From an uncultured Planctomycetaceae bacterium (GTDB lineage: Bacteria; Planctomycetota; Planctomycetia; Planctomycetales; Planctomycetaceae), in contig CAWFGE010000009.1 of the NCBI GenBank assembly GCA_963815195.1, forward strand, positions 40,989-104,988: a DNA stretch of 64,000 nt. The letters run 5' to 3'. Both the position numbers and the translations under genes were made by a program. Positions within the stretch are counted from its first letter, which is position 1; the number at the start of each line of letters is the position of its first letter. Below the pieces are notes generated by a model. The model saw only the letters and a program-made list of their open reading frames with translations, was not told where the DNA came from and did not search any database. Shown here one piece after another: positions 22,301 to 35,100 of this stretch.

Positions 22301-25300
22301 CATAGACCGTGTCACTGCCCGTATTCGTGACAAGGAGCAGGCCCGGTCCTGCCCAAGATTCGCCGGCGTCCAACTGAAGATCCTCCGGGTCTGTGGCCAA
22401 TTCGGGCCGTTGCAAAGAACAGACCAATTCGACCTGATAGGGGCCACTCGTGGTATATCCGTCGGTAGTCACGAATTCGAAACGTCGTCCCGCTTCCGGT
22501 ATAGCTGAAGGTGCCGTCCGGGCTGAGGCTCACCCCGTTCGCCGAACCGTAGATTTGTGCGGTAACATGATCTCCGTCCAAATCCGTCTCCACATCCAAC
22601 ACATCCCCTGTAATAGTTCCTTCCAACGCTCCATAGCCATAGCTGCCATAACTTCCGACTGTCTCGAAATAATCCTGAGCGACGGCCCGCCAGGGGCCGA
22701 CAGAAAGCGAGTTGTCAACCTGTATATCGACGGTTTGGGTGGAGCTAATACTGCCCTGAGGATCGAGGACGTGAAAGGTAAAACTGTCGCTGCCCACATA
22801 GCCGGGTGTGGGCGTATAGTCGAGATCTGCCGTCGTCGTTAAGCGCGAGACTTCCATGGGAAACGTCCGTGTCCAGCACGGCTTTGAGCAACGTGCGAAC
22901 CTCGTCAGTGGCGTCCTTTAAGAGGCCCTGACCAGGGCCGACGCTGAGCGACTGGTCATGATATACATTGTAAGATTGGTTGCTGGCTGTCGGCACATTG
23001 TTATTGACGGTGATCTCGGCCGTTTGCAGGGCCGTCTCCGCCAGACCGTCCGAAGCTTTGTAGGTAAACGATGTCGTGCCTTGAAAATCGTCGGCCGGAA
23101 TGAACACAAACGATCCATCCTCGCGAAATTCCAATTGTCCGTCCGCTGCGGGGACGTTGCCCACGAGTTCCGCTTTCAGGACGTCTCCGTCGTCATCGGT
23201 GTCGTTGGCAAGCACCCCGGATTCCGCCGCGACAACCAACGGCGTCTGGGCCGTCGTGGAATAGCTCTCACTCACGGAACTGCCGTAACCTGCTTGTCCT
23301 GCCTCGGGCGCGCGTATTGGTCACGTCAATGGTGACGGTGACGAAATCGGAGACTTCAAAAGCGTTCGTGATTTTATACCGAAACGTAACTTGTCCCGTG
23401 AAACCGTCGTCCGGGGTGAAAACAAAGGATCCATCCGGGTTCATTTGCAAGGTTCCGGTACTCGGTGCCTCATAATCGTCAATCCAAACCACGTCGCTCA
23501 GCAGGCCGAAATCATTGTCCAACACATTCCCCGTCAGCACGTGATCGTGGAGGATCGTGTAGCCGTCCGCCGCAGGCTGCAAGACGAACACGTGAATGTT
23601 AGCCGTCGCTGTGATGTCGTCGTCAAGTTTGTAGGTAAAGGAATCATCGCCTCCGAAACCGGCTGTTGGGGTGTAGGTGAAACTCCCGTCCGAGTTAAAA
23701 TGCAACGTGCCGTTGGAAGGTCCGCTGACCAGTGTGGCGTCCGGGAGATTCCCGTCGGTGGCCCAGTCGTTCTTCAACACGCCTTCCGCAGCGGAAACGG
23801 TGAGCGAACTATCCGCCATGACGCGGTATCGGTCGTCATACGCCGCAACTCCCGGTCCCTTGGCAACCAGCGTGACCAGGACATCGTCGCCATAGCCCGA
23901 CCCGCCATAAGCGCCCACGCCATCACTCAGCCGGTATTTGAAGAGATCGAACGAAAGCCCTCGCCCTGTGGAATTCGGCGTGTAAAGCCAACTGCCGTTT
24001 CCTTGGTCGGTCAATGACCCGTATTTTGGTTGTTCGGCAATTTCCACAGTCATCGCATCGCCATCAACGTCCATGTCGTTGGCCATCAGCATGTCCGCGG
24101 TAATCGTCAAGGTTCCATTTTGGGGAAAGTCGAAGACGTCCATCCGCCCGAACGGCGCCGTCTTTTCCACTTCGAGATCCACCTCGACCGATCCCCCGTA
24201 TTCGGCGCCGTCCCACGCGCGATACGTGAAGGAATCGTCGCCCGCCCAATGCGAATCTGGAACATACGTAAATGATCCATCGGCACTGAAACTGAGGCTG
24301 CCATGTTCTACGGTCGTGACAAGATCGGCCACGAGCGACCCCTGGTCCTCCAGGTCGGCATCGAAATCGTTGGACAACACGCCCGCGGCCGCCGAAACGG
24401 TCAGCGTTTCATCGTGGGTCAAGCGATAGTTGTCCGAGAGCGGTTCGGAGCGGCATTGCGGACATCGATCGTCACCAACGCTTGGCCGCTTTCATCGACG
24501 CCGTCCGTCAACTTGTAGGTGAAGGTTGTGACCCCTGTCCAAGTGGGCGACGGGCGAGTGTAAGTAAATGTGCCATCCGAATTGAGCGACAGCGAGCCTG
24601 TGGAGACACCGCTCACGAGAATCGCACTGATGGGATCGCCATCGGGATCCCAATCCTCATCGGTACCAATGACGTTGCCCGTGGTGCTGTTTGTAGAATG
24701 GTGAAAGACAAAGTCGTCGTCATAGGCATAAGGCGCATAATTTCGCACGTCGATTGTGACGGTGACCGGATCGCTAAACTCGGCGCCGTCGCATCACGCG
24801 ATAGGTGAAAGAGACCGATCCGGAATAGCTCGAATCGGGCGTGTAAGTGAACGTGCCGTCAGAATTGAAGGCAAGCGATCCATAGCTGCCGTAGCCGTAC
24901 CCGCCGATGTCGTCCACCAACTCGGCCTCGACGGTATCACCGTCCCAGTCCGTGTCGTCCCACAACACGTCGCCGCTGACCGCGACGCCGTGCTGGGTTT
25001 CAAAATAATTGCCGTGGGCCCAGGGGATATTGTTCCACACGTCGATCGAGACCGTGGCGGTTTCACTGTCGTCGGCTCCATCATTGAGCTTATAGGTAAA
25101 GCTGTCGCCGCCGACGTAGCCTGCGTTCGGTGTATAACTAAATGTGCCAGCGGAATTAAACGAGAGTGTCCCATGAGATACGTCCGAGACGAGGATTGCC
25201 GTCAAGGAATCCTGGTCACCGTCATAATCGTTGGCAATCACGCTTTGGCCTGCAGGAAGAGAACCATCGTGATGAACCCGAAAGCTATCGCCCACAGCCA

Positions 25301-26779
25301 CGGGAACCTTGTTTTGCACGATCAATCGCACGGAGGCGCTCGAAGTTGTCACGCCGTCACTGATCTCGTACGTAAATCCGTCCGTGCCCACAAAACCTGG
25401 ATTCGGAGTGTACTCGAACGTACCGTCCGCATTGAAGGTCAAGGTTCCATTGGAAACACCTCCCCCATAGGAGAGCGACGCCGTGAGCGAATCGCCGTCG
25501 TCGTCCCAATCGTTCGCCATCACCGTCTCTCCGGACAGCGTTTCTCCGTGATGCAAGCGGTAATGGTCCGAAGCGGCACCAGGGACCGTATTCCAAACGT
25601 CGATCGTCACCCCCACGGACCCGCTCGTGGCAAGACCGTCCGATACGGAATAAGTAAAGTCATCTTCTCCGACGAATCCGGCATTGGGCGTGTAGCTGAA
25701 AGAGCCGTCTGCGTTGAACGTCAGGCTGCCGTGCGAGGGGCCACTGTCCCAAGTGGCCGTGAGCGTTTCCGTCGGATAATCGACATCGTTGGCCAATACG
25801 CCTGCCCCTGCATACGAACCAGCGTGGTATCATGGTGGACGTGATACAAGCGGCTGTTGCCTTGCGGGGCTTCGTTCCAAACATCCAGCGTGACCGTTCC
25901 CGTGCCCACTTCCGTGCTGCCATCCAAGACGCGATAGGTAAAACTGTCCTCGCCAAGATACCCGGCGTCCGGCGTGTAGCTGAAACTGCCATCCGTACTC
26001 AACGTCAATGTGCCGTCGGCGGGCCCGCTTACCGTTTCCGCCGTCAGCGTTTGGCCGGGCGTGGCTTCCCAATAGAGAAGTACCCCCTCGTCCGTATTCA
26101 CGGTAAGCGTCGTGTCGTGATGGGCCTCGAAGAACCGCGGGCCGGCGGTCGGCGCGGCCGTCCCCACGGAAAGCGTCACCGTCGCCTGGGTCTGTGCTCC
26201 TGCGGCATCCGTTAGCTCATACGTAAAGGAATCTTCTCCCTCGATCCCGAATCCGGAGTGTAGGTGAAACTTCCGTCGTTATTGAGGGTTAGCGTTCCGT
26301 GCTCCGGATCGACAACGACCGAGGGCGTTTGTGCATCGCCGTCAAAATTGCGGTCATTGGCCAACACCCCAGAGCCGGCGGATATTCGTGAGAGTTTGGT
26401 CCACGTCGGTCGAATACGAATCGCCTAAGGCCCGAGACGCTGTGTTCGTGACGTGGATGAGAACATCTTCCTGGTCGGTCTCCGCCCCGTCAGAGACTTG
26501 ATAAGTAAAACCGTCTTCTCCGACAAATCCGGCATTGGGAACATAGGAAAAGCTGCCGTCAGCGTTTAGCGTGAGCGTTCCATCTGAGGGGCCGCTGACC
26601 AATGTCAGCGTGAGAGGATCCTCGTCGGCATCAAAGGAGGCAGCCAATACGCCCTCGCTCGCGTCCACAGATAAAGTCGAGTCATGTAATGTAGAATAGA
26701 CGGCGGGAGCCGCCACGGGGGCGGAATTTGTCACTTGCAATGTGACCGAAACCGGCGGCGTCGTGCTCGCCCCATCATC
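13322..26779 (-). CDS. Giant polymorphic toxin A (5'-truncated, multiply frameshifted): Ig/cadherin-like repeats, beta-helix stalk, coiled coil, Hint, DUF2380-like tip
   Basis: Contiguous minus-strand ORFs share motifs: GVLAND.D.DGD.L..DGSF.YTP repeats (22.3-26.8 kb); V.AG.DA.V..G repeats (16-22 kb); Hint CFVYETEV (14869) to LVHN (13673); tip RHHIFPQ..H..LH. The frame is cut at about 26779 by a repeat. Confidence 0.85.
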
Positions 26780-26874
26780 GGGCAGGCATCAGTCCCAGAA
26801 ACTAAGCCACTGGGCAGGCATTAAAACAAGGCCAAGCATACCAAACCGTCCCCGCGCTTTTTACATAGTATGTC
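26780..26874 (+). repeat. Composite repeat scar (B repeats + 46-bp C repeat with dif-like half-site)
   Basis: GGGCAGGCAT at 26780 and 26812; 26829-26874 matches 55735-55780 at 43/46 nt. Confidence 0.85.
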
Positions 26875-26880
26875 AATGGC

Positions 26881-27798
26881 CTAATCGCCTTGGGTTATCG
26901 CGAATAGTTTTCCTTCGCCGCAGCCGAGGTCGAGAACCGTACGGGCACCGCTGGCCCGGAGAGCAGCCATGACCGCTCCGTGGCGTTGATCGTTGAGACT
27001 CAACGGCATTTCCAACGACTCCTCTCGCTCGTCTGTCGCCGCTTGATCTTCGGTCGATTCAACATCTTCCTCCTCGACCAGCCGGGCCAGCGCCTGCCGG
27101 AACAGGCTGGATCGGTGCTTCAGGTAGCGGCGAGTGATTTGCTCCTTCTCCGGGTGCGAGGCCAACCAGCCGCCGCCCTTGGCCAGCAACTTTTCCAATT
27201 CGTCTTCGCCGACGAAATAATGCTTCTCGTTATCAAAGACCGGAATGAGGACATACAGGTGCGTCAGCAAATCGGAGAGCGTCTTCGTGCCGCTGATCGT
27301 GGCCGAGTAATAAGGACTTTCGCCCCACTCGGGAAATCGTTCATCGAGCGGATGCCCAACGGCTTCGACCGTGTAGCCCAGCGGCTCGAAGATTCGATGC
27401 AGGAAGTCTCTCGCCGCCACGGACTGGCAGGACATCAAACCGGCCGTCAGCGGAATCGGAGTCGTGACGAGTTCCGGTCGATCTTTGCAGCGTCCACCTA
27501 AAGCCGTGCCGAAGACCTGCGAGATCGCCACGCTCATGAAGGACGAGGCGACGTAGGGGCGGTCATTGACGTAATGGCCGAGCAGAAAACTCTGATCCCG
27601 CCCCCTTCGACGCACCATGCCCACCGGGTCCACGTCGAGCAACAAACAAGCCGTGCAGCGATCCTCTGTCGCCTCAGGGTAAAAAACGTGTGCCTGCCCG
27701 AAGCTCAAGTCGAAGCTCTGAAAGCGATCCGGGTGCTTGTGCAGCAGAAACCCAAGATCGGTGGCTGGGTTGTGTTCTGTGGAGATTGTGAGCAGCAT
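26881..27798 (-). pseudogene. hen1: 3' terminal RNA ribose 2'-O-methyltransferase Hen1, truncated in the MTase domain
   Basis: MLLTISTEHNPATDLGFLLHKHPDR..YVNDRPYVASSF..HLYVLIPVFDNEKHY is the bacterial Hen1 N-domain; ends right after SAM motif I (VLDLGCGEGKL). Confidence 0.85.
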
Positions 27799-27838
27799 TG
27801 GGCACTCGTATTCATCGTTTTTGGTGCTGAAGGCGGGC

Positions 27839-28968
27839 TTAATTATCTGTTTTTCCGTCGCTCATCACCAGACTATGACACTCCATCCACGTCGGCGGCT
27901 CGCATTTCTCGGCCAATTTGCGGATCGACTTGTTCGGGAACGGCCTTGCTTCGAGCTTTGTTTTGGCGAAGCAAGCTCTCGAACGGCGGTTCGAGGTAGA
28001 CAATCTCGATGCGGGCATTGTAATCGGCAAACAGGTCGAGCCAGCGGCCACGGGTCTGCCGCATCGTGTTCGTGGCGTTGAAGGCGAACGATGTTCCCGC
28101 CCGGAGCAACTCCCGGCAGCGTTCTCGTGGCAAGCTGGGCGACTTGCTCCTTGATTGTCGGTCGGCTCGACATCGAGTTCGCCACGGATGTCGTCCAGCG
28201 AAACGACGGGAAGTTCGGGTCGATTTCGTTCCAGCCAAGTGTTTTTCCCGCTGCCGGGCAAACCGGACATCACCGTCACGGTGCAGGAGAAGTCCTCATG
28301 CGGAACGTAGTGCAGGTTGGGTTCCCGCTGCCGAAAGAACGTGAAACGGGCATGGTCGGTGGCAAAGGGATACGGCTGATCGTAGCAACCGGATTCTTCG
28401 GCCATCAACTTCCAGAAGTGCAGATTCTCCTCGGGCCGAGTCATCGAGTCGGTGTCTCGGCCTCGGGTGTCCGCCAAAGCGAACAGATACAGCAGCCGAT
28501 TGTTGACCAGCCACGACAGCCGAACGACTTCGTGCGTCGGCTCGTCCCGTTCGAGCAGGAATGCCGGTCGTCCGTGATAACGAACCAGGCGGGCAATCTC
28601 CTCACGAGTCGTCAGGTCGCATCCCAGATCACGCAGGACCGCACGGGCGACGTGTTCTCCTTTGACGGCGTGCTTCGGGGAGCGAACTCGACCCGTTTCG
28701 GGGTCAACCTCCGTCGTCAGCGGCTTGGCGACATCGTGGAACAGAGCCGTAAAGATCAGGACGGTCTGCTCGTGCGAGTGTGAGCGACGGCCACTCTTCC
28801 AATTCGATCAGTTGCCCGAGGACCATCTTTGGTGTGGGTCCAGACATCGCCCTCGGAATGCCACTCGGCATCCTGAACGCAGTCCGCCATCGGCTGACAC
28901 CACGGCTGGCCTTCGGCCCAGGCGATGATATCCTCCAGGGATGCCTGTTTGAGTTCTTGCCAATTCAT
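27839..28968 (-). CDS. HD phosphohydrolase + P-loop (polynucleotide kinase-like) protein, frameshifted
   Basis: [24 protein letters not shown] (HD), [29 protein letters not shown]-coupled to the ligase gene. Confidence 0.8.
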
Positions 28969-29705
28969 GACCAAATATCCACACCCTCGGCGAGTCGGTT
29001 TGGCACCATCTGCTGATGTTGCCAGTGCGTGCTTTGCTTGATCTTTTCTACGAACTCCGGCCGCACAAATTTCGCCCGCCCGGTCACGACGCCCTCGGCT
29101 TCCGTCCGCAGATACAGCCCTTCCATCAGATTGTCGATTCGTTTGGTGGCCGGGTTCTCAAACTGGCTGTCGAATTGCGAAGGTCCGATCAACTCGTCGA
29201 GTTCACAGCGGTCGATGGAACCGGTGTGAATCACGGGTACGGTTTCGATCCCTGATCCTTCCAATAACCCCAACCGCTGCTCCAGATCAAGGAACGCCTC
29301 TTGCTGCTTATCGTAAATGTCGAACTCGAAAAAGTAATGAGTGAGTTGGCAGTAAAGAATCGAATGGCGGGCGTAGACCCACTCCCCGAACAGAATAAAC
29401 CGGTTTTCCAACCGTTCCTCCAAAACATACCGCTTCACCGCCGCCCATTGCTTGAAGAGATCGTACTGCGGATGCATCCCCTCGGTGACCAGATGGCCCC
29501 GGCATTGGAGGACCATTTGCCCCTCGTCGGAAAAATGGATGCCGACGTTCGTGCCATCGATTTTCTCCTCGACGATCAACGATTCATCAGCGATGAACGC
29601 TTTGGATTCCGCTTCGTCCAGATGTTTGTCGTCATCGGTCCCCTTCGAGCCAAACAAATGGGGCGTCCGGGGATATTTCACGAAATCTCCGTGTGAAGTG
29701 CCCAT
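28965..29705 (-). CDS. RNA ligase family nucleotidyltransferase
   Basis: [16 protein letters not shown] (motif I), ILFGEW, FEFDIYD, EGLYLR, AKFVR. Confidence 0.9.
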   Translation of the reverse strand: MGTSHGDFVKYPRTPHLFGSKGTDDDKHLDEAESKAFIADESLIVEEKIDGTNVGIHFSDEGQMVLQCRGHLVTEGMHPQYDLFKQWAAVKRYVLEERLENRFILFGEWVYARHSILYCQLTHYFFEFDIYDKQQEAFLDLEQRLGLLEGSGIETVPVIHTGSIDRCELDELIGPSQFDSQFENPATKRIDNLMEGLYLRTEAEGVVTGRAKFVRPEFVEKIKQSTHWQHQQMVPNRLAEGVDIWS

Positions 29706-29740
29706 TGCAATACCCCTGAATTTGAGAAACTCATCCAAAC

Positions 29741-29783
29741 AAAAAAGCCCACCCGGTGAATTGCACAACCACACCGAGCGGGC
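29741..29783 (-). terminator. Intrinsic terminator/attenuator-like hairpin upstream of the ligase
   Basis: Minus strand GCCCGCTCGGTG..CACCGGGTGGGC followed by TTTTTT. Confidence 0.5.
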
Positions 29784-29827
29784 CTGAAATGCTCATTCCC
29801 TAAAAGTAGTGATGCCGGTTCACGCCG

Positions 29828-29995
29828 TCAAAAGCGGCCTTTCTTGAGGCAACATTTCTTGAAGCGTTTGCCGGAGTCGCAGGGGCAGAGATCGTCCCGT
29901 CCCAACTTTTCCTCCAGCAATTTTTCGCCGTGGACGATCCGCACGCCTCGTTTGACCTGCATTTCGGATGGGAATCCTCGGCGGCGCTTGCTCAT
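29828..29995 (-). CDS. SEC-C motif protein
   Basis: [31 protein letters not shown]; a probable homopolymer frameshift near the end. Confidence 0.75.
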   Translation of the reverse strand: MSKRRRGFPSEMQVKRGVRIVHGEKLLEEKLGRDDLCPCDSGKRFKKCCLKKGRF

Positions 29996-30220
29996 CGTCT
30001 CGAAAAAAATGGCTGTTCGTCAAATTGTTCGTGTTTTCGGTTTGGCATGGCGCACCTCCTCCCTTGGAATGGTTTTCTTGGGAGACACGGAAGTAGGGGA
30101 AAGGTTCGGCCATTGGGGCGGATGGAACAGGGAAGGCAGAGGAACTCGGGGCAGCGGCGAGTTCTTCGCCGGTGGCGGGATTTGCAGGGGAGTCGTTCGC
30201 CCCCCCCCCCCCACAACCCG

Positions 30221-31217
<997 letters not shown>

Positions 31218-31586
31218 ATGTGTGGATGAAGGAGTCCCACAAAAAGACAGGGTCGATGAGGTGAGGAGTCCCAGGCCCGGTAGGAGTCCCTGAAGACTTT
31301 CGCGCAAGTCGATTTCGATGAATGGCACTTTGTCCCCCAGCTTCTGCAACACGCAGAAACCCGCTGGCATGGTCTACAACGACGTGCAGATCGTGGCGGC
31401 AGCAGATTCCCACCACACTCCCACTTCGCGGCCCTGGCCGCACGGATGGGCATTGCTGGGAAGGAGTTGCCGCCGAGACTGACAGGGATACAGATTGGCA
31501 AGGTGCAACGACGTTTTGCAAAAATCCCTGGTCAGCCGGGGTGGTAGCTTGCGCTTTTGATTGGGACTCCAGAAACGAAAAACCCT

Positions 31587-32147
31587 CTACTGTTGCTTCA
31601 TCGGGAGCGGTTTGAAGACCAGCCCTTTCAATCCCTTGGCCTCCACAGTTGCCCTGAAGCTATCGTCCACGAACAGTTCGGCCCCACTTTTTAGGGGCGT
31701 CTTAAAGATGTGCTTGCCGTCAAGCATGTCGTCCTTGAAACAGTATTTGAAAACCTCACTCACACGTCCCGTGGCCGCATTGCGTACAAGCTCTGACCGC
31801 TCCTCATCAAGGCAGTCAATGATGTCCATCACGTTGACGATGTAAAACTGTTGACCAGAGGGATGTTTTATGGGCAACGCTTCCGTGCAGTAGCCGATCA
31901 ACGGCTGTAGCACCTCCCAAGCTCTTTGGCTGAAGATGGGTATCTTGTTGTAGTTGCTCAGGCTCGGAAAGTCGCCTTCGATACCGGGATTGTCATCGAA
32001 GCCTTCCACCGCAACCGGCTCCCACGACCCACCGACCGACTTAGAGTCATAATGCAAGCCAACAACTGGCTCGTCATCCTGCATGATGAGTCGGACACCA
32101 TCATAGTGGTTTGCATCTGGACGGTATCGAAACCATTTCATCTTCAT
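31587..32147 (-). CDS. Imm11/DUF1629-like immunity protein
   Basis: GDFP..PIFSQRA..E.LPI..FYIVNV..IDCLDEERS..IFK..LFVDDSF..LKGLVF; directly downstream of the AHH toxin. Confidence 0.8.
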   Translation of the reverse strand: MKMKWFRYRPDANHYDGVRLIMQDDEPVVGLHYDSKSVGGSWEPVAVEGFDDNPGIEGDFPSLSNYNKIPIFSQRAWEVLQPLIGYCTEALPIKHPSGQQFYIVNVMDIIDCLDEERSELVRNAATGRVSEVFKYCFKDDMLDGKHIFKTPLKSGAELFVDDSFRATVEAKGLKGLVFKPLPMKQQ

Positions 32148-32180
32148 CGGTGCTGATCCTAGCGTATTGAGAAACCTCGA

Positions 32181-35100
32181 TCACGGGAAAGTCCCGTTCA
32201 GAATACCCTGCCGGATTCGTGCGAGTTCATCCAGCACCGCCTGCCTTCCAGTTGCCCAGTCGTCAATACCCCGAACGGCGTCACGCAACCTGTTGTTCAC
32301 AGCGTCGATGCCATCGTGCGTGTGCAAGACGCTGCCACGATGGTGTCGAGGCAACACGTTCTGCGGCGCACCACGACCGCCAACGAGGGACACACCGTTC
32401 TCTGCGGCGTTGATGTCGATCTGGTAACGGTCGAGGATGGCCCGACCAGGAGCAGCCCGAGTGTGCGTACCGGGTACGATGTGATGGGCGGCTTGCCCGG
32501 AACCGGGTTGGATGCCAAGTCTTTGCCCCAGAACCCCACTGTCAGCGGCACTCTGTCGCCACGCCGGGTTTGGAAGTGGTCGTGGAGCAAGAAGTTTCGG
32601 AGTGTTCCATACCGTTGCGAATTCCTTTGCTTGCTGTTCGGTCAGTTTTCGCCCAGGAAACACGGACTTTCCCGTATCATCCAGGAGTTCAAAAAAGCCT
32701 TTCAAGGGGCCTTCGGCGATTTCTTTATAAGTATACGCGTTATGGACCCAAACGGAAAAGCCCCAACTGCGGCTGCCGACGAAATACGTGTGGTCCTCGG
32801 CCACTCGCAAATTATACACGGTTTTCGTTTCGTTTGTTTCCTCAATTTCCGAAACGATCGTCAACGTGTTGTCCTGTCCAACCAGCGCATCGCCCGCCAT
32901 CAATTCCTTGGCACGAACCCAGCCGATTTGATGGACGAAAAAGGGATGCTCGGCGGTTGCCTGGATCAACTGACCACCTACACGAATATTCAAGACGGGC
33001 GATGACAGTTCGAACACAGCTTCCACTCGGCGGGAGATCACAGGTGCCTGAGGATCATTTTCCGCCCGAGACAAGACGCGGTCTCCAATCTGAAACGTCT
33101 CAATCGGTTGATCGCCCGTGGGCGTCAAGACGGGGGTGCCTGCGACGAAGCAGCGCTCCGCCAGGGCTCGAAGGGCGGGAGAGTGGATTGCCGTTTTTCC
33201 GACTCGAAGCAAGCCAATCGTCTGCGCAAGCACACCGCCTGCTCCCTCCATGATCAATGTTTCCGTCCAGAAGCCAACCTGCTCCTGTCGCCATTTTTCA
33301 TCTTCGGACAACGGGACTTTCACCCCCGGAGGGAGTCTCCATGCCGACTTGGCAAATGATCCAGAAAACGCACCCCCGGGCCTGTTTGGCACGGCTAGTT
33401 CATAGCGAATTGACTTCCGCGAAGTCGCCTCGGCAACAAGTTCTCTTTTGAGCCTCGATTCAAGTTCGTCTAGTCTAGCTTTATTAATCTCCCGAAGAGG
33501 GTCCTTTCCTTTATAGGCTTGAAAATGAGAACTGAAATCAGCGGCAGGAGTTTTGCCCTTGAGATCTTGAATTTTCGTTCTTAATTCGTATTTGATTTTG
33601 GCGTGCTGCCAAAGTTGTTCTCGATATTCGGAAGGAAGCGTCTCAAGGTCCTTTATATCAGCCAACAGTTGCAGAAGCGGAGCGTCCTGGATTTGTTGCT
33701 TACGTTGTTGAGCTTGCTTCATAACCGTAGTAGTAGACGAAACGAGTGAACTAGGACTGCTTCCTCCTGTTAAGCTACCTGGTCGAGAGTCTGGAATCAT
33801 TAATTCTGCGGCCGGGAAGAAAAATCGCATTATCCATACTGCCGGCTCATCATTAAGAGCCAATGCAGTTGCCGGGTCGAAGCCGTCCCTTTTTAGATCC
33901 GTCGCTTCGCCCTCGACATCGCTGGGCCTCGTATTGCTAGTATCATGCCGACCGAATCGCTCCCCGCCTTCGGGCATGTCTTCCCCGACGAGATAGCTGC
34001 GATCCGTCTCCGCATTCGTGCTGGAAACGTCAAAAACCTGGGAGTTCAAATCAGGGGCTGATTCGGGTTGTTCAGGATCGTCAACATCGGGCGGCAAAGT
34101 GACAGCAGGCGGGTCGGCTGAGTCGCTAGGTTTCGCCGTGGCGATTAGGCTGGCCGTGTTAATGGTGGTTGATGTCGAGAACGACGAGAGCACCGGGGCG
34201 TTCGGGTCGAAGGATTGGTAGAGGTTGACAGGCTGAATGCCCAGGCTGATGCCGGTTTGTTGACGGCCATATTCGCTTGTGAGGTACGTGCTCAAAGCAG
34301 AGTTTTGGCTGTTAAGCAGCGTGAGCTGGGCCCCAGTTTCGCTGTTGATCAAAGTCTCCCACGCATCCGCTTCGCTGGTGGTGAAGGTGACCTGTGCTGT
34401 GGTCTCGGTATTCAGCCGTGTATGGTCTGCGCCGTTTCTTGCGACCAGGAAGTTATATTCGGCCGAGCCTCTGGCACTGGCCTGCTTGGCCCAGGGAGTG
34501 CCGTCATTTGTGGCGAGGTTTGCTAGCTGCGTTTGCAGATTGCTTGATTGATTTTCATTGTAGCTCGCCAGATCGTCGGCGACGTCCATGAGCATCTGGC
34601 CGTAGGCCGTGGCGTCGGCAATTTCCGCATCGTGGATGGCGCTGGTGAGGGTTTGAACTTTCGTCACTTCGGCAGTGCCTGCGGTGCTGTCCAATGTGCT
34701 TTCTGCCGATTGGAGCGAGATGTCGCGCTGGCCCTCTGCACCGAGTTCGGCAAAGGCATAATCCCGAGCAGCGGCAAGTTTTGTGGCTTCAGATTCGTCG
34801 TTTGCCGTCGCGACAGCATTGTCGTAGGCCGTTTGGTCGCCATTCACCGTCAGATCACGTTCGGCGTGGGCGAGGGCGACTTTATGATCTCGTTTGGCGA
34901 CTGCGACGGCGTGTTGATACGTCTCTTCGGCGGCGGCGGACTGCTCGCCGTAGAGTTCCCAAGCTGCGGCATCGGCGTCGTCCCTCGCTTCGATGGCGGG
35001 GGCGACTGTTGTGATATAAGTTTGCTGGGCACCTGTGTCACTGGCAGCAAGGCTGGTTGTCTGACTTGCTACTAAGTTGTCATAAGTTGTCGTGGCGGTA

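Noticed and set aside
17600..26780. Programmed frameshifting or phase variation in toxin A
   Set aside because: Shifts are numerous and window-wide with no consistent slippery or SSR motif; sequencing error is more parsimonious.
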